From Bythopirellula sp. (GTDB lineage: Bacteria > Planctomycetota > Planctomycetia > Pirellulales > Lacipirellulaceae): a stretch of DNA of 64,000 nt. Below are positions 1 to 7,038 of the stretch, piece after piece. A model generated the notes under the pieces. The model was not told where the DNA came from, did no database searches, and worked only from the letters and a program-made list of their open reading frames with translations. Every line of letters starts with the position of its first letter. Positions within the stretch are counted from its first letter, which is position 1. The stretch spans positions 3,104,001-3,168,000 of the forward strand of contig OZ244170.1 in NCBI GenBank assembly GCA_965216565.1. The letters are read 5' to 3'. The position numbers and the translations under genes are program-made.

Positions 1-408
1 CCAATCCTCCATGCTCGGGAGCTATCGGGTTTGCTCAACGACGGCGGTTCGATCCTGATCACTGCCTCGGTCGCGCAATACTTGGGGATGGAAGGCGGCA
101 TCGTCTACAACTCAACGAAGGGTGCGGTCCGCACGGTAGTGCGGGTACTTGCCGCGGAGCTTGCACCCCGCAATGTCCGCGTGAACGCCATCAGCCCAGG
201 CCCGATTGAAACCAGCTTCTTCAAGCGTGCCGACATGGCCGAGCAAGACGAGAAAGAGCTCACCGAACAAATCACTCAGCAAGTGCCGCTGGGTCGTTTC
301 GGCGAATCTGAAGAAGTGGCAGCCGTCGCAACATTTCTCATGTCCGACGATGCTTCCTACGTCACCGGCAGCGACTACGTGGTCGACGGCGGCATGACGA
401 AAATGTAA
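1..408 (+). CDS. SDR family oxidoreductase, 3' part (truncated by window start)
   Basis: Frame open from base 1; YxxxK (YNSTK), RVNAISPGPIET and VTG..YVVDGG SDR motifs. Confidence 0.9.
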   Translation, partial: PILHARELSGLLNDGGSILITASVAQYLGMEGGIVYNSTKGAVRTVVRVLAAELAPRNVRVNAISPGPIETSFFKRADMAEQDEKELTEQITQQVPLGRFGESEEVAAVATFLMSDDASYVTGSDYVVDGGMTKM

Positions 409-715
409 CCCATAGTGAAGGGTCGGCACTCAACCGCTATTCTGAGTCGACTATTCACTTTCGACCATTGCCCCTCGTTTTCGCAAGCAGAGCTCTTCAC
501 AACAAAGTGCAGCCACTTTGTCTGCATTTCAGTGCGCGCTGCTCTGCTGGTGTTATTCGCACATCCTCAAAGTTATCTCAACTGCGGTGCGTCCCAAGGT
601 TACAATAGGCGAGCTGCCATGAGCAAAGTAGCACTCTCTTCACTAGTACAGATAACTCCGAGCCTTACACAATCAATCCAGGTCCACAGCTACTGCTTCC
701 AAAGAAAGAGACTTC

Positions 716-1405
716 ATGACCAGATCGAACATAGGATTCGTTTGCACAGCACTTCTTGCCATTGCACTTTGTTCAACGACCAACGCGCATACCGATTTCA
801 CAGTTGGCACAGCCAACACCTCCAATTTTGATCTCGACGGACCAGTGCTCGAGACGCAAGGTGATTTGGGTACCAACACAGCGCAGGCGACAATCTTCGC
901 CCCCAATCTGCCAACCGAATTCGTCACCGGTGGCGTGACGGCGCTAACTCTTGACGTAGTGGGCTCTCGCTTAGGCGGCAATGGCAACATCGCTTCAGAG
1001 GCCACGACACTGTCCCCTGATGGCATCGGCGTAGTTGGCGGCATTCTTTCCGACGAGCTCGGCCCTGGCGAAGCGCTGTCTTTCTCGCTCTCCTCAGTCA
1101 GCACGGGGGCTCAGCCAGTCATTACCGGTCTTGTGCTCGACAGTTTTCGGGACAGCTTTTTCCCCTTCTCGACGTTCACGCTTACCGGTGCGACGTTCAA
1201 CGGAGGCGACACCACCTTTGATGGCGAGTTCGACGACCTCCCCCTCGCCTTCGATAACCCGGTAAGCTCCGTTACCATCACTTCCACCACCGGCGATGGT
1301 GCCAGCGATTTCGTTGTGTCGGGTGTTTCTGTCGCCATCCCCGAACCTGGGTCGATCGTACTGCTGCTCACCGCCTCGCTGGCCATTGTTAGCCGACGGC
1401 ATTAG
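716..1405 (+). CDS. PEP-CTERM surface protein, 229 aa
   Basis: Signal peptide; C-terminal IPEP + hydrophobic helix + RRH. Confidence 0.88.
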   Translation: MTRSNIGFVCTALLAIALCSTTNAHTDFTVGTANTSNFDLDGPVLETQGDLGTNTAQATIFAPNLPTEFVTGGVTALTLDVVGSRLGGNGNIASEATTLSPDGIGVVGGILSDELGPGEALSFSLSSVSTGAQPVITGLVLDSFRDSFFPFSTFTLTGATFNGGDTTFDGEFDDLPLAFDNPVSSVTITSTTGDGASDFVVSGVSVAIPEPGSIVLLLTASLAIVSRRH

Positions 1406-1544
1406 ATGCGAATCTGTGTGTACAAGCGGCACACGTTACTCAGGCGCGGGGACCGTCACCTGCACTAATTCCCCTTCCACGGGGCTATGGCACCGGTTTT
1501 CGCTGCAGGCCATGTACGTGAGTTTGACGTTCAGGCTCGTCGGC
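1338..1544. repeat. Direct repeat copy 1 (~207 bp): PEP-CTERM tail, intergenic spacer and 3' end of the DsbD-alpha-like gene
   Basis: Aligns by eye with 4493..4698, with scattered substitutions and a 1-nt indel in the spacer. Confidence 0.97.
1436..1543 (-). pseudogene. Orphan 3' remnant (35 codons + stop) of the DsbD-alpha-like gene
   Basis: Translates PTSLNVKLTYMACSENRCHSPVEGELVQVTVPAPE*, versus ...VTVPPPE* in the intact gene; in-frame stop a few codons upstream. Confidence 0.9.
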
Positions 1545-1756
1545 GCTGATGTGTTTCATGGACTAACGCGAAGCGGTCAGCCAATTAACAAAGCCCACGA
1601 CGGCGATACTTCCAAGCTCATGAACACAGTGTTGAGCCCTTCTGATTAGAACAATGTCGGCAGTATGCAATCGTCAATAATTCTTAGCTCGACCGTTGCC
1701 TAAACCTATGACAGGAGTTCCATAGGGAAGCTGTTTCCCCAGAGTTTACCCTCTTT

Positions 1757-1785
1757 TTGCAATCTAAGAGTTGCACCTCTATAGT
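1757..1785 (+). promoter_or_regulatory. Putative sigma70 promoter for the large PEP-CTERM gene
   Basis: TTGCAA-17 nt-TATAGT. Confidence 0.55.
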
Positions 1786-1932
1786 ATAGGTAGCGGGCAC
1801 CGCTTTTTGAGCTTGAATAGGTACCTTCCCCATCATGCGGACCGCCGCTTGAAATTGGGAGCGCAATGTTTCCGGCGAAACTGCACAAGTTTCATTTTCA
1901 CTGACCGCCTACATTCGGCAGAAGACAGCCTC

Positions 1933-4560
1933 ATGAAAAAGACTGATCTTGTTTCACTCTTCCCAATGCTCCTCGGCATTCTGCTCGTGAGCATTTCTAC
2001 CCTGCCGGTCTTTGGTCAATTCACTACAGTAATCAACATCCCACCTGATCCCGATCTGGGCAACGGCCAATCGATTGGGTCGGACACGCAGTTGAATCTC
2101 GGCGCGGGCGGATCGATCGGTTCGACGTTTGCCGCCGGTGCGACCGATGGCAGCAGCACGAATGTCGAAGTGAATATTTCTGGCGGCACCGTTGGCAACT
2201 CCTTCCGATCGTTCGGAGGAAGCACGGTCAACATTTCGGGAGGCGCTCTGGGAAATTCGTTCCGCGCCTTTAGCGGGAGTACCGTCAGGGTTTCGGGGGG
2301 CACACTCGGCGATAGTCTTGTGATTTCTGCGGGCTCAGATTTCGAAGTCTCGGGAGGAACCGTAGGTGATGACCCCGTGCTGTTTGTCAATGCGGTTCTT
2401 GACATGACAGGCGGTTCAATTGGCAATAACTTGGAGACTCGCAACAACAGCGCGGTCAACATCTCGGGAGGACACATTGGTACCGGTGCCGGTGGCCCGC
2501 GAACTAACTGGGATGTCTCAGGTGGGTTTGTCGACACCGATCTTCTCTTAAACCTAAACAGTTCTCTTGATTTGTCGGGAGGCTCGGTCGGCCATGGACT
2601 GACGCTCTCCAGCAACAGCGAAGTGAACTTGCTCGGCGACGATTTTTTTCTCGACGGCGTTCCCATCAACATCCCTGGCAGCACGCTACCATTCAATCTG
2701 CCGGCGGGAGCAATCTTGAGCGGCACTCTCTCCGATGGCGTCTCATTTACCCTTTCCACCGATCACAACGACGTGCTTCCCGATGGCACGATCACGCTTG
2801 TTCCAACGCCCATTGTGGTTACCGGGCCGCCCCTCATCACCCTTCCCGCGGACCCCGTGCCCGGCGGAGTGGGGGCGGGGCAGACGCTTGAAGTCACGAG
2901 CGGAACTGACCTACGTAACGATTTCGACGCGGGACCGGGCAGTACGGTCAACACCACCAATAGCAATGTTGGTGCTTGGTTCCAATCGGTAGGATCCAAT
3001 GTGAACGTCTCCGGCGGTTCCGTGGGGGACGATTTCCTGGCCATTCGTAGCAGTTCGGTCGACATCGCTAATTCTGCGGTCGGCGAGCGATTCCGCTCAC
3101 TCGAACAAAGCGACATCACCATCACCAACAGTCCTATCGGCGACAATTTTACAGCAGCCGGAGGGAGCACGGTAAATCTAAGCGGGACGACGGGGGGACG
3201 GGCTTTCCGACTCACCGAGAACAGCGTGCTGAACATCGATGGTAATGGTCAGGTTGCCACGCAAGGGTCATTCTCCGATGCGTTTCTGGCATCGGGCGGT
3301 AGCGAAGTGAATCTCAATAGTGGCAATATTGGCAACAACGCCGAGATTACAGGTAGCGGCACCACGCTCAATATTAATGGCGGGTCAATCGGGAGTTCTT
3401 TCGATGCAACGGACGGTAGTATTGTAAATCTCACTACAGGATCGATTGGTGGAGTAAGAGGAACCGATAGTACAATAAATATTGATGGAGGAACTGCTGG
3501 CGGAGTAAGTGGAAACCTTCTCAATCTGACGGATGGATCAATTGAATTAGCAGACGTCGAGACGTTAAACATGTCCGGAGGAACAATTGGCCCTGAAAGC
3601 CAGATCAGAACAGAAGCAAACCTGTCTGGCGGTTCCATCGGTCGACAATTAGAAGTAGACAGCGGAGCAGAACTAAACATCTTCGGCGGCGAGTTCATGC
3701 TCGATGGCGTAACGATTGCGGGGCTCGACAATCCTGGTGATTCGGCTGGCGTTACCCTGACTAGTCCGTTTCAATTGACTGGAATCCTGGAAGATGGGAC
3801 TCCGTTCGCGTTTCACGACCTTGATCGGGATCTAATCACCGATGCCAATATTACATTGTTCAGAACGGCACTCCCCGCCATTGGCCCCGCTTCTATTTCT
3901 CTTCCTACTGACCCCGTACCCGACGGTCTACGCGATGGTCAAACTTTGACGATCGAGGCGGGTGGTTCCACGGGAGAGATATTTAACGCCGGACCAGGGA
4001 GCACCGTGATCCTCGATGGTGGGGAAATTGGTGAAGATTTCGAAGCAGTCGGTGCCGACGTACAAATTCTCGACGGCATCGTTCAAGATCACTTCGATGC
4101 CTTGGCTGGCAGCACCGTACTGATTTCCGGCGGTGATATTCGAGAATTTTCTGCACTGAACGGCAGCATAGTTGAAGTCACTGGGGGATTAATCCGCACC
4201 AATAGCGACTTTAATGTCTCAGCTGGAGCCATGGTAACAATCGCTGGTGGAGTCTGGCCCGATACCATTTTTAACGATGATGTGTCTTTCAGTGCCGGTA
4301 GCGATGTACATATCTTCGGTAGAGGCGGTTTCCGCATTAATGGCGATCCAATTCCTGGGCTAGAGAATCCAGGCGATAGCATCCTGGTAGACGCGTCCAC
4401 CGTTGATTTTCTTCAAGCAATTCTGCGCGACGGCAATCCTTTCATCGTCAATGACGTGCAATCCGGCGCAATGATCCGGCTCACCCGCGTCGTCCCCGAA
4501 CCTGGGTCGATTGTACTCCTACTCACCGCCTCGCTGGCCATTGTTAGCCGACGGCGTTAG
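1933..4560 (+). CDS. Large PEP-CTERM protein with Gly/Ser/Asn-rich beta-helix-like repeats
   Basis: ATG 1933 gives a signal peptide; ~19-aa repeats such as GGTVGNSFRSFGGSTVNIS; VPEP-TM-RRR tail. Confidence 0.9.
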   Translation: MKKTDLVSLFPMLLGILLVSISTLPVFGQFTTVINIPPDPDLGNGQSIGSDTQLNLGAGGSIGSTFAAGATDGSSTNVEVNISGGTVGNSFRSFGGSTVNISGGALGNSFRAFSGSTVRVSGGTLGDSLVISAGSDFEVSGGTVGDDPVLFVNAVLDMTGGSIGNNLETRNNSAVNISGGHIGTGAGGPRTNWDVSGGFVDTDLLLNLNSSLDLSGGSVGHGLTLSSNSEVNLLGDDFFLDGVPINIPGSTLPFNLPAGAILSGTLSDGVSFTLSTDHNDVLPDGTITLVPTPIVVTGPPLITLPADPVPGGVGAGQTLEVTSGTDLRNDFDAGPGSTVNTTNSNVGAWFQSVGSNVNVSGGSVGDDFLAIRSSSVDIANSAVGERFRSLEQSDITITNSPIGDNFTAAGGSTVNLSGTTGGRAFRLTENSVLNIDGNGQVATQGSFSDAFLASGGSEVNLNSGNIGNNAEITGSGTTLNINGGSIGSSFDATDGSIVNLTTGSIGGVRGTDSTINIDGGTAGGVSGNLLNLTDGSIELADVETLNMSGGTIGPESQIRTEANLSGGSIGRQLEVDSGAELNIFGGEFMLDGVTIAGLDNPGDSAGVTLTSPFQLTGILEDGTPFAFHDLDRDLITDANITLFRTALPAIGPASISLPTDPVPDGLRDGQTLTIEAGGSTGEIFNAGPGSTVILDGGEIGEDFEAVGADVQILDGIVQDHFDALAGSTVLISGGDIREFSALNGSIVEVTGGLIRTNSDFNVSAGAMVTIAGGVWPDTIFNDDVSFSAGSDVHIFGRGGFRINGDPIPGLENPGDSILVDASTVDFLQAILRDGNPFIVNDVQSGAMIRLTRVVPEPGSIVLLLTASLAIVSRRR

Positions 4561-4698
4561 ATGCGAATCTGTGTGTACAAGCGGCCACGTTACTCAGGCG
4601 GAGGTACCGTCACCTGCACTAGTTCCCCTTCCACGGGGCTGTGGCACCGGTTTTCGCTGCAGGCCATGTACGTGAGTTTGACGTTCAGGCTTGTCGGC
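4493..4698. repeat. Direct repeat copy 2 (~206 bp)
   Basis: Matches 1338..1544. Confidence 0.97.
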
Positions 4699-5216
4699 TC
4701 CTGCGGCGGAGTTTGAAAGCGAACCGGCAGATAGAGCGCGACCGGTCCGTCTGGATAGATGGGAAAAGTTAAATTCAAAACTTCTTCCACGTGGATCATT
4801 TCTGGCTTGTCGGCGATCAGCGCGTCGACATCCGCAATCAAATCCGAGGGCTCCAGTTCGATGAGCGTAGGACGCCCCAAACCGCTGATGCCCTCTTTCG
4901 GGAGAGTCTTGCTGTACAGGTGATAACCGGCATCGTCGGGTGTGAAGACGCCGCGGATAACGAGTTGCCCCTCGTCACTCCACGCCGCACTAAGTTCCAC
5001 CGCAACACGTCCGCCATCGTCGTGATGCGCATCGGCAATCGGCTCATAGTCTAAACTGGCAAGCGGATTGCCGGAAACCTTCGCGGGCTCAGCCTTCACC
5101 TCCGCCGGTGCGGAGTCCTGGACGTCAGACTCGCTGCAGCCGACCACCGTCGATCCAAGTAGCATTCCAAGAACGAGTATGCTACGGCACCTTTTAATTC
5201 CTCTGAACTCAACCAA
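4590..5216 (-). CDS. Lipoprotein with DsbD N-terminal (DsbD-alpha)-like Ig-fold redox domain
   Basis: GAGGAG RBS before TTG 5216; lipobox-like VVGC; GYHLYS and YMACSENRCHSP resemble DsbD-alpha GYYLY and YQGC....CYPP. Confidence 0.72.
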   Translation of the reverse strand: MVEFRGIKRCRSILVLGMLLGSTVVGCSESDVQDSAPAEVKAEPAKVSGNPLASLDYEPIADAHHDDGGRVAVELSAAWSDEGQLVIRGVFTPDDAGYHLYSKTLPKEGISGLGRPTLIELEPSDLIADVDALIADKPEMIHVEEVLNLTFPIYPDGPVALYLPVRFQTPPQEPTSLNVKLTYMACSENRCHSPVEGELVQVTVPPPE

Positions 5217-5335
5217 TGAATTCTCCTCTATCTTTTCGCGTTTGCGTTTAATATCTGATGTCAATTCTGGTTCAACCCGCGGCTAGCGCCGTCGGCTCAA
5301 GAGGTATTCCGGGTTGATGGTGGTGCAAGCCTCCC

Positions 5336-6799
5336 CTACTTTTGCAAATAAAGCCAAACAAAACCAGTGGACCGCGAATCCATGAATTCCGATCGCTCGC
5401 CGTAAAGCGTGCTGATTTCTTGCTGGGCCTGCTGCAGTTCGGAAACCTCGGGAGGCTCGTCCTGCGCTGCCGTATCATCCATTCCCAACACCGAGAGCAG
5501 CCATTTGCCAACTGCCGAGCCATCGGCCCCTTCGGCCTCCGCATTGGGATCGTCCTCGACCGTTTGCTCCGCGGCGGTCTGCTCTTGCTCCTCTTGGGCT
5601 GCCTCCATCAGTTCGGTCATTCTCGTCGAAACCTCTTGCACCTTCTTATTCCACTCGGCGAACTTTTCTTCGTACTCGGCCACCGAGAGTCCATTGGCGG
5701 GAGAAACGAGCGTTACCGAATCGCCCACCAACAAATCGAGCTTGCCATCGTCGTTGACGTCGTCCACCCAAATGCGTGTCGATGTCTTGGGGCCTTCTAG
5801 ATCGTCTTCGTCGAGCAGATTGTTGGAGGCGACGCGAGGCTCAGCAGGGATCAACGGCTCGAACGCCTCTAACTCTGGAATTTCTCCAGCGTCTGCCACA
5901 TTCTCGGCCCACTGCACACCCCCGTTACTGGAACCGCTGAGCAGATCAAGATCGCCATCGTTGTCCCAATCCACGATAAACGGATCGCTATGGTGGCCCG
6001 CTATCTTCAGCATTTCGTCACCCAGCAAAATCGATTCCGGCTGCGGTTGAAAAACGCCTTCACCTTCACCGTAAAACACATAGAAACTACCGCCGAAATT
6101 TCCAACCACTAGATCAAGATCGCCATCGGCATCCCAATCAACGGCCGTCGGCCGCGTGCAGATGTTTTCTAAACTGGTGCCGCCATACTGCTCGGCATCG
6201 TCGCCAGGGGGAATAATCAGCGGCTCGCCATCGGAGACATTCAAAGCCTCCGCGGGTTGGAACGTTCCGTCCGGCTGTCCCCATAACACTTGAAACAGCC
6301 CCGCCATCGATTGCCCCATTCTCGAATAAGAACCGGACAGGATATCTAAATTACCGTCCTCGTTGAGATCCACCAACTGTGGAGTAGAGCTCGTGCATCA
6401 CCACACGCCCGGCACTTCCGCCACTTCGTCGCCGGCCATCAGCCATTCGCCCTCGGCGAGTTGCATGTCGCCTTGGTTCTTGAAAACCTGAATCTTCCCT
6501 TGGGCGAATTGCCCGACGAGCAAATCCTTCTTGCCATCGTTATTGATGTCGGCCCAACAGGGGGACGCATAACCGGGCGATTCAACCGACACCGGTCCCG
6601 AGGGAGACTCAAGCTGACGCGGCACTTCAAACTCGAAGTTCACCAACCGCGTGCTGGCATCTGCCGAGGTTGTGGTCACGTCAGACGACGCGGTAGAAGT
6701 CGGCGCCGGGGCCTGGTTGGAACAACCCCCGACCAGGAGGGTCAGCAGAGGCAGGAGTGCCGCTAGAAGATTAACTCGACTGAATAAAGGGTGGCTCAC
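5336..6799 (-). CDS. FG-GAP/VCBS-repeat lipoprotein, candidate selenoprotein (in-frame TGA at 6398..6400)
   Basis: ORFs 6398..6859 and 5336..6376 are in the same frame and separated by one TGA. Read-through gives EVPGVW-U-CTSSTPQLVDLNEDG. Five Dx[DN]xDG repeats; GGAG RBS + GTG 6799; lipobox-like VGGC. Confidence 0.72.
6365..6392 (-). promoter_or_regulatory. Candidate bacterial SECIS hairpin
   Basis: UCCAC/GUGGA stem with AGUUG loop beginning 19 nt after the UGA; possible GAG/CUC lower stem. Confidence 0.55.
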
Positions 6800-7038
6800 A
6801 ATCTGTTTCTCCCAAGGAGATGCTCTGTGATTCCTTTTAAAACGATCAATCAACATCATTCAAATGAGGCATTCGAACAAATTCTAGTTTAACATTTTGC
6901 ATCGCAATTCGTACACCCGGGGAGAAAACTTGGTTGTTTTCACAGGCCGGAGTCTGGTAAAACCGCAGTGCCAGGCCGCACCGGCTTTCTGCCAGCAATA
7001 CCAACCTCACGACCTCCACCGGGACAACTACCAACACG

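Noticed and set aside
415..831. 138-aa ORF following the SDR gene
   Set aside because: Atypical composition and overlaps the better-supported PEP-CTERM gene.
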